NCBI GenBank assembly: GCA_963782595.1
Contig: CAWAKJ010000005.1
Coordinates: 729,581 to 793,580, forward strand
Direction of reading: 5' to 3'
Length of the DNA stretch: 64,000 bases
From: Vicinamibacterales bacterium
GTDB taxonomy: Bacteria; Acidobacteriota; Vicinamibacteria; Vicinamibacterales; JAMQPK01
Of the stretch, positions 25,201 to 35,383 are shown piece after piece; positions within the stretch are counted from its first letter, which is position 1, and every line of letters begins with the position of its first letter. The position numbers and the translations under genes were made by a program. Under the pieces are notes generated by a model. The model made no database searches and was not told where the DNA came from. It saw only the letters and a program-made list of their open reading frames with translations.

Positions 25201-25896
25201 GGCGTCATAGGCGGCGGTCTCGACCTTGAATTCCTCGATGGCATCGGCGGGAGGTTGAATGCCGACGCGTGCCTGCGAGACGATGTTGCTCGAGCCGTCG
25301 ATCGTGAACTCGCTGTTCAGCGTGCCGGTTACCGCCGCGCCGCGCAGGTTGTCGTTGTCCATGGGGCGCTGCAGCGCGTACGAACGCTCGAATGTGGCGC
25401 CGGCCACCAGGCGCGTCAGGCCGTAGGCAGTGCCGTCGCCGAGCGGAATCTCGCTGATGAGCTTGCTGGTGATGACCTGCCCGAGCGATGCGGTGCTGGT
25501 CTCGAGCTGCGGAGCTTCCCCAACGACCTGCACCTGCTCGGTGACTCCCGCCGGCTGCAGTGTGATGTCGAGCTGCAGGCGTTCGCCGACGCGCACCTGC
25601 ACGGCAGTATGGTCCCGTGTCTGAAAACCGCTGAGCTCTGCCGTCACGCGGTAAGTGCCAGGCAGCAGGAACAACGCCGCATACTGACCTGTTTCGTTTG
25701 TCACGAGCGCCGTGGTGCTGTTCGTGCCGTTGTTGACCACGGTCACGGTGACGCCAGGCAACGCGCCTCCTGATGAGTCGACGATGAGACCCGCGATCGA
25801 TCCGCGCGAGTCCTGTGCCATCGCCGTCGAGCAGAAGAGAACCACTGCACAGATGACGCCTACAATTTCCAGCCGACGTCGGATTGTTCCTCTCAT
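22261..25896 (-). CDS. TonB-dependent receptor, large acidobacterial type with CarboxypepD_reg domain
   Basis: Start ATG 25896 has GAGG 7 nt upstream (alternatives 25914 and 25911). Signal peptide ..STAMAQ. Contains GSIAGLIVDSSGGALPGVTVTVVNNGTN, a plug region, and a C-terminal ..IGARVTF aromatic terminus. Confidence 0.85.
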   Translation of the reverse strand: MRGTIRRRLEIVGVICAVVLFCSTAMAQDSRGSIAGLIVDSSGGALPGVTVTVVNNGTNSTTALVTNETGQYAALFLLPGTYRVTAELSGFQTRDHTAVQVRVGERLQLDITLQPAGVTEQVQVVGEAPQLETSTASLGQVITSKLISEIPLGDGTAYGLTRLVAGATFERSYALQRPMDNDNLRGAAVTGTLNSEFTIDGSSNIVSQARVGIQPPADAIEEFKVETAAYDAQIGHTGAGGVNLALKTGTNALHGALSFYNRDDSRSASLFASNRLGTSKQPRDYNRFSGTVSGPIWRNKTFFMFSYEKLQDDTVEALTTSVPTARMRSGDFSELLPLGVQIYDPATARLVNNVVVRDPFPGNIIPAGRINPIARNVLGYFPAPNIAGAADLSQNFFIEQPWTYAYNFAMTRIDHEWTSSQKTYGRFLRNFRREERFNFAGEVNGVEITRGSTDRFNFNWAGGHTAVLSPSMVLDLKASWLRFNDDLFPLYTIDPASLGYSPSTVSLMGGFEQLPRYSIESGAPTTAGRVATLGAQQSGFNNGRTQPFYNVQFAATLTKMTGGHTMKFGYDWRSLRQKETNLGSRGGAYAFDSSYTKATSAAAGAPYGQGIAAFMLGLPTNSSFIELRPEYDTEVISHGFFAHDDWRVSDRLTLNLGLRYDLELGMTEADSRNVGPFDLTTPNPIQAAAQARFALNPPAGVPLSSSQFSVLGGYTYLSGDQTQAWNADLNNFQPRLGVTFKIDDRTVLRGGGGKFVAPFQLQGVPGLISAINQIGYSRNTPVPVSADNGLTFQANLSNPVPSNQLVQPVGSAQGLLTNLGNAPGNIWNADRVNPEFWRFSIGVERQLAWGMLAEISYIGQKGTNQAILEPLNYVPQQFRTRSLIRDTAAEEFLSQVVSNPFQGLTPDSPGANGATIARRRLLYAYPQFDSSGNPCATGTTNTFCIETARGSNMYHGAIFRLDKRFTGGLMLMTSYTWSHLREKVAPLNPWDELEERTGATDRPHRITLASVAELPFGRERRFGSNWNPVLDSILGGWQFSTKYEWQSGAPLVFNQNTYFDPSCGDPRDLKSNWGGSGTQLAGADVPIIDIGCFYTNNGQPFRNAAGQAVTFNAPEISLGQANTRQFPTTLPNVRFMQHHLLDLGVTKNFQVGNRVRVQLRIEALNATNYTLFGVGNMVLTPTNATFMKLNNIDSSTVMKPRDIQIGARVTF

Positions 25897-25946
25897 GTTG
25901 GTACCTCGCATCATGTCCTCAGAACACTGTTGGAAGCCATACGTTG

Positions 25947-27533
25947 CTATCGCGGTGGATCAATCGCGCGAATCAGAACGCTCATATTGCGGATGAATGC
26001 ATCGATCGAGATGCCGTTCAGCGACTTTTCCGGGTAGGGCGATGTGTCGGAATCGTCACCGACGTGCGTTGTCCGATAGTTGCTGGGTGCGGCAGCCTTG
26101 GGTCCGTCTCCCTTGTAGGGATGGCTGGCGTACCCGAGAGGTGCGAGCCAGTAGCCCTCTTTGTTGAGCGACGCGATCGCGGCCGTCGGGGTGCCGCTGG
26201 ATACCGGCGCAAGAGCGAAATATTTCGGGAGCGGCAGGAGACCGTGGCCAGAGACGAGAGGCGACCCTTTGGTCGCCTGCTCGGGCGTCATCGCCCGGGC
26301 CTCGGCGTCGAGCTTTCTGAGAGCGGGAATATTGACGTTCCTGAACGAGCTGTAGTGGCCGAGCGTGTCTTTCGGATCGCTGTCCCAATAGTAGCGGCCG
26401 TTGACGACGTTCGATCCGTCGCGATGGATGTAGAGCGGTTTGTTCGTGCCGATTTCGATGAAGGTCGCATGGGTGCGGCCTGAAGGCGCTACACCGGGCG
26501 GCAGCTTGATCGACTCGAGCCAGTCGATGGCTTCCGGAATCCGGGCAAGGAACTTCGTGTCGCCGGTCAGCCGGTAGAACTGGACGAGCAGTTCGAGGTT
26601 GCGCGCGGTGGTGTGTGTGGCCAGCGATCGCGGCTCGTACGTCCGCGCCTGCACCGGCTTGAGATCCGTCGTGTATTGCAGTGACCAGCCCGGTTGCGGC
26701 GGTCCCTGTTGTGTGACGATGAACGCGTTCATGCCCCGTGTGATGGCATCGAGGAGTCGCGTCTCGCCGAGCGTCTGATAACACATCGTCAGGAAATCGA
26801 TGTTCTCGCCGGCCACATCGTCGTTGAATGTCGGATACGAGGTGTAGTCGGGCAGGCCGCGCGTCGAGTGCTCCGCAACCCGGGGATAGCGCTGCGGCCA
26901 TGCGCCGATCGGATATTGGCTGTCGAGCACGAACTGGATCGCCTTGTCCAGTGCTGGCTTGTATTTCGGGTCGCGTTTCTCGAGGTACAAGCGAAGGAGA
27001 AACTTCGCCGATTCGGCTGTTCCGGCGTCGTCGAACGTGGCGTTGCCCCAGTAGTGCTGAAACTCTTCGAGACGCCACCCGTTCTTTCCGACGGTGTCAT
27101 ACCACTCCCGCAGCGATCGTTCGCCGGCGAAATCGGCCACGTAATTCCATCCGCCGGACGGATGCTGGGCCCAGATGAGCGCTCCGGCGACCTGTTCCGC
27201 CGCCTGATAGTAGAAGCTGTCGCCTGTTGCGTGATACGCGTCGAGATAGAGGTGTCCCATCGTCGCCGTGCCGGGCGGCTGAATCCAGATCATCGTCTCG
27301 CGCGCTTCCATCTCTCCCCAGCGGCGCGAGAGATCGGGCAGATAGTTCCACACGTATCCGCCCTTGTAAGCGATCTTGTCGGTCATGAACGCCGTCGCGC
27401 GTTTCATGGCCCCGAGCACGTCGTCGCGCGTCGCGTCGCGGGGTGCCTGTGCGACGGCGCCGCCGGCCGCGAGGACACAGAACGCCGCCAGGACCGCGCC
27501 GCACAGGATCGATCGAGCATGTCTGTGGATCAT
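25947..27533 (-). CDS. Secreted alpha/alpha-toroid protein, pectate-lyase PL10 (Pec_lyase)-like
   Basis: Signal peptide. Blocks SGGWNY, DSQYPIGAWPQRYP and YPTFNDDVAGENIDFL resemble the recalled PelA/Pel-15E family signature (..GGWPQ.YP.., ..ITFNDDAM..). Confidence 0.55.
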   Translation of the reverse strand: MIHRHARSILCGAVLAAFCVLAAGGAVAQAPRDATRDDVLGAMKRATAFMTDKIAYKGGYVWNYLPDLSRRWGEMEARETMIWIQPPGTATMGHLYLDAYHATGDSFYYQAAEQVAGALIWAQHPSGGWNYVADFAGERSLREWYDTVGKNGWRLEEFQHYWGNATFDDAGTAESAKFLLRLYLEKRDPKYKPALDKAIQFVLDSQYPIGAWPQRYPRVAEHSTRGLPDYTSYPTFNDDVAGENIDFLTMCYQTLGETRLLDAITRGMNAFIVTQQGPPQPGWSLQYTTDLKPVQARTYEPRSLATHTTARNLELLVQFYRLTGDTKFLARIPEAIDWLESIKLPPGVAPSGRTHATFIEIGTNKPLYIHRDGSNVVNGRYYWDSDPKDTLGHYSSFRNVNIPALRKLDAEARAMTPEQATKGSPLVSGHGLLPLPKYFALAPVSSGTPTAAIASLNKEGYWLAPLGYASHPYKGDGPKAAAPSNYRTTHVGDDSDTSPYPEKSLNGISIDAFIRNMSVLIRAIDPPR

Positions 27534-27541
27534 GGTTTCCT

Positions 27542-28756
27542 CTACGCGACGCCACGCACGGCGTACGACGGTGCAACGACCAGAGCCGCCGCGCCGCGCA
27601 GACGCGGATACTCTGTTGCCGTCACCGGGCGTACTTCGGTAGCGGCCGCCGCCGCCGTCAATGCGCGTTCAGCAAGGGCCGCCCGTATCGTCGGCTCAAT
27701 CAGATCCCACGCCCGCGTGATTTCTCCGCTTACATACACGCATGCAGGATCGAAGGTATTGACTACCGAGGCGAGTCCAATGCCCAGGTAGCGGGCTGTC
27801 GACTCAATGGCGGCCGCCGCTTTCGTGTCGCGGCCGCGTGCACGCGTAATCAAATCGTCGATGGTGAACTGGGGGCCGTTGCTCGACACCGGAGCGTCGT
27901 GGTTCAGCGGCTGGCCGAAGTAGCGCGCTAGCGTCGCGCGGTTGGAAATGTAGGCTTCCCAGCAGCCATGCGCCCCGCAGGAGCACAGCGGGCCGTCGAG
28001 CGAAAGCGGCACGTGGCCGAACTCGCCGGCGACGTTGTTGCGACCGCGCAGCAACTCGCCGTGAATCATGACGCCGACGCCCACGCCTTCCGAGACCGAC
28101 ACGAACACGACGTCGCGCAGCGCGCTCTGGGGCTCGCGCACCGCCCAGGACTGCGCCAGCGCACACGCCCGACCGGAGTTCTCGATTTGCACGGGAAGCC
28201 CTGTCGCGGCGGCGAGAGGTTCGCACAAGTCGACATCTTTCCAGCCGAGCGTCGGCGCATGCAGCACGCGCATGGTCGAGTGTTCGACCATGCCGGGCAC
28301 GACAACGCCGAGGCCCACACACCCATCCACTTCGCGATTTTCGATGAGCAGGCGCTTGATCTGCTCGGCCATTGCGGGCGCCAGCTCGCGCGGATCGCGC
28401 AACGTGGGCATGCGGATGACGCCGGTCGTCGGATTGCCCCGCAGGTCGGCCAGCATCATGAACGTTTCGCTCGCGCGGATGTCGGCAGCCGCAACAGCAC
28501 GGCGTCGCGAGTCGATGTACAGGAACGTGGGCTTCCGGCCGCGCACGGCCTGGCCGGTGGCCCCTTCGAAAATCACGCTGTCGCCAATCAGGTCGTTGAC
28601 GATGCGCGAGATGGCGCCGCGGCGCACGCTCATCATCCGGGCGAGGTCGGCGCGAGAAATCGGCTGGTGCGCGCGAACGAGGTTCAGCACGATGCTGCGG
28701 TTGATCTCGCGGGACGTGCCGCGGGTGGCGACGCGGAAGTGGGACGAGGTCTTCAT
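27542..28756 (-). CDS. ROK family transcriptional regulator (NagC/XylR type)
   Basis: N-terminal wHTH REINRSIVLNLVRAHQPISRADLARMMSVRRGAISRIVNDLI. A sugar-kinase-like body with GHVPL..CSCGAHGCWEAY (the ROK Cys/His motif). Confidence 0.85.
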   Translation of the reverse strand: MKTSSHFRVATRGTSREINRSIVLNLVRAHQPISRADLARMMSVRRGAISRIVNDLIGDSVIFEGATGQAVRGRKPTFLYIDSRRRAVAAADIRASETFMMLADLRGNPTTGVIRMPTLRDPRELAPAMAEQIKRLLIENREVDGCVGLGVVVPGMVEHSTMRVLHAPTLGWKDVDLCEPLAAATGLPVQIENSGRACALAQSWAVREPQSALRDVVFVSVSEGVGVGVMIHGELLRGRNNVAGEFGHVPLSLDGPLCSCGAHGCWEAYISNRATLARYFGQPLNHDAPVSSNGPQFTIDDLITRARGRDTKAAAAIESTARYLGIGLASVVNTFDPACVYVSGEITRAWDLIEPTIRAALAERALTAAAAATEVRPVTATEYPRLRGAAALVVAPSYAVRGVA

Positions 28757-28804
28757 TGAACCATTAAGAGACTAAATACGCATGTCGCCTGCGGTTCGCA
28801 TAAC

Positions 28805-28839
28805 GTAGGGCGGGTCTTGAACTAGAAGACCCACGCTAC
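28805..28839. repeat. REP family 2 copy (slightly degenerate)
   Basis: GTAGGGCGGGTCTTGAACTAGAAGACCCACGCTAC followed by a third half-arm GGACTCGCCCTACGA (28847-28861). It lies in the divergent spacer between the ROK regulator and the kinase. Confidence 0.7.
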
Positions 28840-28993
28840 TGCCTAGGGACTCGCCCTACGAAGCCTGCTTGTTCGATTGATTGTTTCAGAATGAGACTAT
28901 ATACGCTCTATAACGGTTGGAGTCAAGTGAACTCTCCGAAACACCAGTCGTTTATGCTTAGGGCGGCCGACGGCCGACCTGCCTTTCACTTCA

Positions 28994-31900
28994 ATGGACT
29001 CCACGCGATGGGCGCGCATCAAGGAAGTGTTTCATCAGGCACTCGAGCGGGATGCGCCCGAGCGCGATGCGTTTCTCCATCAGGCGTGCGCCGGCGACGC
29101 TGACCCTGCCGGGTTGCGAGCGGATGTCGATCGCCTCCTCGCCGCTCACGCGCAGGCCGGCGGCTTTATCGAGACACCACCGTTGGAATCATTGAACGCC
29201 CATAAGCGTTGTATCGGCCGGTATGAAGTCGTGCGGTTGCTGGGGGCTGGTGGCATGGGCGAGGTGTATCTTGCCCGGGACACCGAGCTCGGCCGCGATG
29301 TTGCGCTCAAGGTTCCGACTGACAGCGATCGCGATGCTCACGCCAGGCTGCGTCGAGAGGCCCAACACGCGTCGCAGCTGAACCATCCCCACATCTGCAC
29401 GATTTACGAAACCGGCATGCACGAGGGTCAACCCTTCATCGCGATGGAGTATGTCGAGGGCCAGCGCCTGTTCGAAGTCATCCCGGCGGCAGGACTGCCG
29501 CTGCACCTCGTCGTGCGTTGCGGCACCCAGATCGCCGATGCGCTTGCGCATGCGCACGCCAACGGCGTGACCCACCGCGATCTGAAGAGCGGCAATATCG
29601 TCGTCACGCCGGACGGACGCGCAAAGGTGCTCGACTTCGGCGTTGCGCGGCGATTGCCCGCACACCGCCTCAAAGACCTGTCCGAATCGAGCTCGTCGAT
29701 TACGGCCGAAGGTCTCATCGTGGGAACGCTGTCGTGCATGTCGCCCGAAGTGCTGCGCGGCGAGCCGTCCGACGAACGCAGCGACATCTGGTCGCTTGGC
29801 GTCCTGTTGTACGAGATGGCCTCAGGGGCGCGGCCATTTTCAGGTGCGACCGGATTTGAGCTCACGGGCGCCATCCTGCACGGGACGCCCGCGCCGTTGC
29901 CGCTGCGTATCCCCGAATCGCTTAGCGCCATCGTCATGCGCTGCCTCGAAAAAGATCCGAGGCTGCGGTATCAGAGTGCGGGCGATGTGCGTGCATCGCT
30001 CGACAAGGTGGAACACGCCGGGGGAGGCCGCGGTGCGGCGTCTACGAAAACGCGTGTCGCGGCTGGTGCGGCGCTCGTCGGGCTCGTGGGCGTGCTGACC
30101 GCGGCGGGCCTGTGGTGGCGGCCACCGCCGGCGGCATCCACCGACACCGCAAATGCTCCTGTGGCAGTGGGGCCATCGGGCCACCCTGCCATCGCGGTGA
30201 TGTCCTTCGACGTCTCAGGCGCGACGCCCACCGACACGGCATGGCTCTCCCGCGGCGTACCCAGCATGCTGCTGACAGGTCTGGCTCAGACGCGTGGCCT
30301 CGATTTGGTGAGCTCGAGACGGTTGGCAGACGCGGCCAGGCAGATTGGCGCCCCCGGGCTCGACTCGCTCGATCGCAGCCGTGCAGCCGACGTCGCGCGC
30401 CGCGCGGGCGCCGGCGCACTCGTGTTGGGAACGATTTTCCGATCGGGCGCCGAGATTCGCATCGACGCGCAAATGGAGGACCTCGCGACCGGCAGGGTGC
30501 TCGTTGCCGAAAGCGTGCGCGGCGCCGACGTGTTCACGCTGGTGGATCAGCTCGCGTCCCGAATCCGTGACGGCGTTGGATTGCAGAACGCCGCGGGCGT
30601 GCGCGGCGTTGCCGACGTGTCGTCGCCATCGCTCGAGGCCTATCGTCTGTTTGCCCAGGGCACCGAGGCGTTTCAGAACCTGCACAGTGCGGAGGCGACG
30701 CGGTTGCTTGAAGACGCCGTTCGCGTCGATCCGGAATTCTCGAGCGCCCATCTCTATCTCGGATTCGTCAACTACTTCAGCGGCAACGACGTTGCACGAC
30801 AGCGGCACTTCGCCAAGGCGTCGGAACAAGCGGAGCGGCTGAGCGAACGCCAGCGGCTTCTGCTGCGGGCTGAAATGGCACGCGATGCGGGCAATGGCGC
30901 CGGAGCCGATCGCCTGCTCGACCAGCTGTTCGCTGAGTTTCCGGACTGGTACGACGGCTATGCGACCGCGCTCGAGCTGTATGCGTTGATTCCGGGGCTG
31001 GTCCACAATCCGGACAAGCGATTGACCATACTCCGTCGCGTCGTCGAGGCGCAGCCCGGTGCCGCGCTGCCGCGTAATGCGTACGGTTATGCGCTGCTCG
31101 AAGCCAGCCGCTTCAAACAGGCACTCGACCAGTTTGAGACATACGCGCAGTTAAGTCCTCACCAGCCGAATCCTTACGACAGCCTTGGCGAGGTGCATCT
31201 CGCGATGGGGCTGCCGGAGAAGGCCATCGAGTACTACTCGCGCTCGCTCGCGATCGAATCCGGTTTCTATCAGTCACATACGGGCCGGGCGGCGGGACTG
31301 GCGATGCTCGGACAGTTCGATGCCGCGATCGCCGAAGAAACGCCCGACCTTGGGTTCAAAGCGTTTCTCCTGATGCGGATTGGCCGCTACAGGGAGACAT
31401 CGGACGTGATCGAGACGAGCATCAAGCGGTCCGTCGAGAAGGGCAGCATCGTCGGCCAATCGACCGGCGCCTTCATGTCGTCGCTGCGGGCGCTCGACCA
31501 GCGCGAATATGTCCGGGCGTTACGCGACATCGACGAGGTGCGCCGCATTCTGGCGCCGTGGCCACGAGAGCGGCAGCGCGTGTATCTGGTGCTCGCCGAT
31601 CTGATGTCAGGTCTGGCTTACGTGCGCGCGGGACAACTGGACCAAGCCCGCGAGCGTCTCGATTCTCAGACGCTTCTCTACCGGGCGGCCAACCCATTCG
31701 AAAAGGGCTGGCATGCCGCGCTCGTGGGTGAGATTGCGCTCGCTGAAAAACGTCTGGCGGATGCGGCAACGGCGTTCTCGTCCGGTGAGCCGGCGACACG
31801 CGTGTGGACATCCTTGTATCTCGATTATCCCTGGGCGCTGATGAACGACATCTCGGCGCGCGATGGCATGGCTCGTGTCGCCAAGGCACGCGGCGATATC

Positions 31901-32137
31901 GCCGGAGCGACCCGGATCTATCGGAGTTTGCTTGTCGCGGGTCCCGGGCAGAAGTGGCCAGCGCTCTTCGATCCGCGGTTCGTGCTCGAGATCGCGCGGC
32001 TGCTCGAGCAGGCGGGTGACGGGAAAGCCGCCCTCGTGGAATATCAGCGCTTTCTGGAGCTCTGGAACAACGCCGACAGCCATCTGCCTGAGCTCGCCGA
32101 AGCCCGGCGCGCGGTCGCGCGACTGCGAGCCCGCTAG
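28994..32137 (+). CDS. Ser/Thr protein kinase with TM helix, periplasmic domain and C-terminal TPR repeats
   Basis: Kinase blocks [35 protein letters not shown] and [11 protein letters not shown] helix [24 protein letters not shown]-like C-terminal half. Paralog of 46812-49898. Confidence 0.9.
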   Translation: MDSTRWARIKEVFHQALERDAPERDAFLHQACAGDADPAGLRADVDRLLAAHAQAGGFIETPPLESLNAHKRCIGRYEVVRLLGAGGMGEVYLARDTELGRDVALKVPTDSDRDAHARLRREAQHASQLNHPHICTIYETGMHEGQPFIAMEYVEGQRLFEVIPAAGLPLHLVVRCGTQIADALAHAHANGVTHRDLKSGNIVVTPDGRAKVLDFGVARRLPAHRLKDLSESSSSITAEGLIVGTLSCMSPEVLRGEPSDERSDIWSLGVLLYEMASGARPFSGATGFELTGAILHGTPAPLPLRIPESLSAIVMRCLEKDPRLRYQSAGDVRASLDKVEHAGGGRGAASTKTRVAAGAALVGLVGVLTAAGLWWRPPPAASTDTANAPVAVGPSGHPAIAVMSFDVSGATPTDTAWLSRGVPSMLLTGLAQTRGLDLVSSRRLADAARQIGAPGLDSLDRSRAADVARRAGAGALVLGTIFRSGAEIRIDAQMEDLATGRVLVAESVRGADVFTLVDQLASRIRDGVGLQNAAGVRGVADVSSPSLEAYRLFAQGTEAFQNLHSAEATRLLEDAVRVDPEFSSAHLYLGFVNYFSGNDVARQRHFAKASEQAERLSERQRLLLRAEMARDAGNGAGADRLLDQLFAEFPDWYDGYATALELYALIPGLVHNPDKRLTILRRVVEAQPGAALPRNAYGYALLEASRFKQALDQFETYAQLSPHQPNPYDSLGEVHLAMGLPEKAIEYYSRSLAIESGFYQSHTGRAAGLAMLGQFDAAIAEETPDLGFKAFLLMRIGRYRETSDVIETSIKRSVEKGSIVGQSTGAFMSSLRALDQREYVRALRDIDEVRRILAPWPRERQRVYLVLADLMSGLAYVRAGQLDQARERLDSQTLLYRAANPFEKGWHAALVGEIALAEKRLADAATAFSSGEPATRVWTSLYLDYPWALMNDISARDGMARVAKARGDIAGATRIYRSLLVAGPGQKWPALFDPRFVLEIARLLEQAGDGKAALVEYQRFLELWNNADSHLPELAEARRAVARLRAR

Positions 32138-32138
32138 C

Positions 32139-32165
32139 GAGAAACCGCTCCCGGAGCGATTTCTC
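32139..32165 (+). other. Short hairpin after kinase stop
   Basis: GAGAAACCGCTC-ccg-GAGCGATTTCTC (11 pairs and 1 mismatch), with no T-run. It shares AAACCGCTCC(C/G)GGAGC with the 46072 hairpin. Confidence 0.3.
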
Positions 32166-32184
32166 GATAGAATCGCGGCTAGCC

Positions 32185-34152
32185 ATGTCATCCAATCCAT
32201 TCGACTCGAACGATTCATCCCTTTTCGATATCTCGACCCGCGCGCGCGGACCTGCGGGAGTGCTGCCCTTGACGCCCGAGATGCTGCGCGAGCGGCCGTC
32301 CGGCGATCTCTTCGGGTGGACACAGAACGCGGGCATGGGTTGGAATCCGGCGGCACTCGGCGGCAACGAGTTTCTGATGCTCTCGACCCATGGCGGTATC
32401 CGAGCCGCGGACGGAACGCCAATTGCGCTCGGCTATCACACGGGCCATTGGGAAGTTGGCTTGCTCCTCGAGGCGGCGGCGGGCGTCTTCAAGAGCGCGG
32501 GTGCGATTCCGTTTGCGGCTGCCTGCACCGATCCGTGCGACGGGCGCTCGCAGGGCACGACCGCCATGTTCGACAGTCTGCCGTTTCGCAACGATGCCGC
32601 CACGGTGTTTCGACGGCTCATCCGATCGCTTCCCACAAGGCGCGGTGTGCTCGGCGTCGCCACCTGCGACAAAGGGCTGCCGGCAATGATGATGGCGCTT
32701 GCGGCCACTCACAACCTGCCTGCGGTGCTCGTGCCAGGCGGCGTGACGCTGTTGCCGGAGCAGGGGGAAGATGCCGGCAAGATTCAAACGCTTGGCGTTC
32801 GCTTCGTGCATGGCAGCATCACGCTCGAGGAAGCGGCAGATCTCGGATGCCGGGCGTGTGCCTCACCCGGGGGCGGCTGTCAGTTTCTCGGCACTGCCGC
32901 GACCTCGCAGGTTGTCGGAGAAGCCCTTGGCATGTCGCTTGGTCACTCGGCTCTCGCACCGTCGGGCCAGCCAATCTGGATCGACATGGCGCGCCGCTCG
33001 GCCACAGCGCTGATGGCGCTCGAAGCGGAACGCACGACGATGTCCGACATCGTCACGGACGCCGCCATTCGTAATGCCATGGTCGTCTTTGCCGCGTTCG
33101 GAGGGTCGACCAATCTGATTCTGCATCTGCCGGCGATTGCCCACGCCGCAGGACTACGCCGGCCTGTCGCCGCTGACTGGGCGGAAGTGAATCGGCAGGT
33201 GCCACGCATTGTCGATGCGTTACCGAACGGCCCACGCAATCATCCGACGGTGCAGGTGTTTATGGCAGGTGGTGTGCCGGAAGTGATGCTGCACCTGCGG
33301 CGAGCCGGGTTGCTCGATACGAAGGTGATGACCGTTGCCGGCACGTCGCTCGACAGTCAGCTCGACGCATGGGAGTCGTCCGAGCGACGGTCGAGGCTGC
33401 GCGCTCGACTCGAGGGTGAAGGCGTCGATCCCGACGATGTGATTGTGTCGCCGGAGGACGCGCGTGGCCGAGGCTTGACGTCCACCGTGTGTTTTCCACA
33501 CGGGAACATCGCACCGGATGGCGCCGTCATCAAGAGCACCGCCATCGATTCGTCTGTCGTCGATGCCGACGGGGTGTATCGCATGACCGGCCCGGCAAAA
33601 GTATTTTTGTCGGAGCCCGCGGCCATGGATGCGATTAAGGCGAAGCGCATCAAGTCCGGAGATGTGCTCGTCCTCATCTGCCGGGGTCCGATGGGGGCCG
33701 GCATGGAAGAGACGTACCAGATAACGAGCGCGCTTCGCCATCTGCCATTCGGCAAACACGTGGCGGTCATCACAGACGCGCGCTTCAGTGGTGTCTCGAC
33801 CGGCGCGTGTATCGGCCATATCTCGCCCGAGGCGCTCGCAGGCGGACCGATCGGGAAGCTGAAAGACGGCGACGTCCTCGAGATCGTGGTCAACCGCAGC
33901 ACGCTTGAAGGCACGCTGAATCTGGTCGGCGAAAACTTCGTCGAGCTGAGCGCAGCGGAAGGCTCGCGCTTGCTCGAGGCGCGTGAATCCCGATCCGATC
34001 TCGTCGCTGATGCGGCGCTGCCGGACGACACACGCATCTGGGCCGCACTACAGGATGTGAGCGGCGGAACGTGGGGCGGCGCTGTGTACGATGCCGACTC
34101 GATCCTTCGCACGCTCGCGGCGGGGAAGGAGGCGCTGCGGGACAGGGACTAG
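32185..34152 (+). CDS. IlvD/Edd-family dehydratase, YjhG/YagF (D-xylonate dehydratase)-like
   Basis: 655 aa. Blocks [50 protein letters not shown] and [17 protein letters not shown]. Confidence 0.85.
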   Translation: MSSNPFDSNDSSLFDISTRARGPAGVLPLTPEMLRERPSGDLFGWTQNAGMGWNPAALGGNEFLMLSTHGGIRAADGTPIALGYHTGHWEVGLLLEAAAGVFKSAGAIPFAAACTDPCDGRSQGTTAMFDSLPFRNDAATVFRRLIRSLPTRRGVLGVATCDKGLPAMMMALAATHNLPAVLVPGGVTLLPEQGEDAGKIQTLGVRFVHGSITLEEAADLGCRACASPGGGCQFLGTAATSQVVGEALGMSLGHSALAPSGQPIWIDMARRSATALMALEAERTTMSDIVTDAAIRNAMVVFAAFGGSTNLILHLPAIAHAAGLRRPVAADWAEVNRQVPRIVDALPNGPRNHPTVQVFMAGGVPEVMLHLRRAGLLDTKVMTVAGTSLDSQLDAWESSERRSRLRARLEGEGVDPDDVIVSPEDARGRGLTSTVCFPHGNIAPDGAVIKSTAIDSSVVDADGVYRMTGPAKVFLSEPAAMDAIKAKRIKSGDVLVLICRGPMGAGMEETYQITSALRHLPFGKHVAVITDARFSGVSTGACIGHISPEALAGGPIGKLKDGDVLEIVVNRSTLEGTLNLVGENFVELSAAEGSRLLEARESRSDLVADAALPDDTRIWAALQDVSGGTWGGAVYDADSILRTLAAGKEALRDRD

Positions 34153-34202
34153 CGACTAGGGATTGGGGACTAGGGATTGGGGATTAGGGACTAGGGATTA
34201 GG
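34145..34202 (+). repeat. Telomere-like GGGATTA/GGGACTA/GGGATTG heptad array (seven G3+ tracts)
   Basis: GGGactagcgactaGGGattGGGGactaGGGattGGGGattaGGGactaGGGattaGG. It spans the TAG stop (34150-34152) of the dehydratase and the stop of the minus-strand small ORF. Confidence 0.8.
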
Positions 34203-34396
34203 CCGCGGCGTAGGCGCGTGAGGCGGTCGATTTTCGTCGCAAGCCCTCGCACCTCGGTGAGCACGATCTTCTGCACCTTTTCGACGATATCGGAGTGTTT
34301 GCGCGTCCGCTCGGCCTCGCTGAGGATGAGCTGCTGCAATTCGGCGATCCGCGCATCGATCTTGGCGAGTTGTTCCTTCACTTCATGGTCTTCCAT
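34184..34396 (-). CDS. Hypothetical small coiled-coil protein (~70 aa)
   Basis: MEDHEVKEQLAKIDARIAELQQLILSEAERTRKHSDIVEKVQKIV.. Third-codon positions show strong G/C bias consistent with coding. No clear SD. The last codons lie in the heptad repeat. Confidence 0.4.
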   Translation of the reverse strand: MEDHEVKEQLAKIDARIAELQQLILSEAERTRKHSDIVEKVQKIVLTEVRGLATKIDRLTRLRRGLIPSP

Positions 34397-34539
34397 GGAA
34401 TGTGGAAACAGCACGCGACATGCCACCTCGGCCCAGCAAAAATCAGCCGAATGCAACCGCTTCCGTACCGGCCGCGCATTTTCTGCTCTTCGGACGGGTG
34501 GTCCCGGTGGCGCTTTCTGCTATGCGAAGGGCGTTGGGC

Positions 34540-34618
34540 GATGGTCGAGAGTCCATGGTCGATGGTCTGTCATGGTCAAGGGTCGACCGTTGATCATGGC
34601 CCACCGACCATGTCTGAC
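34540..34618 (+). repeat. GGTCGAT-class heptad-like repeat
   Basis: GATGGTCGAGAGTCCATGGTCGATGGTCTGTCATGGTCAAGGGTCGACCGTTGATCATGG.. It shares the exact 16-mer GGTCGATGGTCTGTCA (34557-34572) with 40215-40230. Confidence 0.6.
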
Positions 34619-34679
34619 GGCTTACTATGTTCTACGCAGCGACGGACGTGACGGCCACGCTGCATGAGGAGGCATGACA

Positions 34680-35165
34680 ATGAGGCGATCGAAACATGTT
34701 CGCACCGCTATCGGCGTGTTCGCCTGGCTGGTGCTCGTCTTGAATGTGTCGGTGTCGTGGCTGGCGTCTGCCCAACAGGGTGGAGCCGCACCCGGGCGCG
34801 GTGCGGCGCCGGATGCCGCTCCGGCCGAAGCGCCGAACTTTACGGGTAAGACCGCGACGCGTGACGCGTCGAACATCTCCGGAAGCCGACGGCTCTTCGA
34901 AGCCGGAGCCCGCTCGAACTGGCACTCGCATCCGAACGGACAGCTCATCCTCGCCGAATCGGGGCCCGGCTTGCACCAGATACAAGGCAAGCCGATCGTG
35001 AGGCTCGCGCCTGGCGACAGCGCGTATGTCGGACCAGGTGTGGTGCACTGGCATGGCGCGGCGCCGGAGGCGGCCCTCACGCAGGTGAGCATCGGATTCG
35101 GCGGCGGTCCGACCAAATGGGGCGAGCCGGTGCCGGACGTGGTTTATCGAGGAGCTAGCCGGTAG
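34680..35165 (+). CDS. Secreted cupin-domain protein
   Basis: SD GAGGAGG (34666-34672) lies 7 nt before ATG 34680 (ORF-track start 34674 is 1 nt from the SD). Signal peptide ..SWLASAQQ. Cupin blocks NWHSHPNGQLILAESG and VVHWHGA. Confidence 0.75.
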   Translation: MRRSKHVRTAIGVFAWLVLVLNVSVSWLASAQQGGAAPGRGAAPDAAPAEAPNFTGKTATRDASNISGSRRLFEAGARSNWHSHPNGQLILAESGPGLHQIQGKPIVRLAPGDSAYVGPGVVHWHGAAPEAALTQVSIGFGGGPTKWGEPVPDVVYRGASR

Positions 35166-35199
35166 CAATAGCCAGACGCACCGCGCGGACGTATGGCCG

Positions 35200-35274
35200 G
35201 ACAGGGCGGGCATTCTGCTCGCGGCAACGTGTTTTCGAGTATCTATTGCCGCTACGCAGAACGCCCGCCCTGTT
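35200..35274. other. 19-bp-stem inverted repeat downstream of cupin gene
   Basis: GACAGGGCGGGCATTCTGC-37 nt-GCAGAACGCCCGCCCTGTT (one A-C mismatch, one terminal G-T). Confidence 0.35.
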
Positions 35275-35383
35275 CAGCCATCTCTGCCGCGCGCTCTTGT
35301 CTCGCCTTGGTTTCAAACGTGGCAGATATTCCGGCAGACCACGTTCGGCAAGGCTGCGGTTTGAAGATCTCCTCAAGGCGAGG

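Noticed and set aside
28877-28903. Sigma-70-like promoter TTGATT-N15-TATATA upstream of the kinase
   Set aside because: The spacing is short, acidobacterial promoter consensus is uncertain, and the match could be chance in the only AT-richer stretch. It is not reported as a feature.
34145-34202. Telomere / linear-replicon end
   Set aside because: The TTAGGG-like array is internal, only ~58 nt long, and flanked on both sides by ordinary genes.
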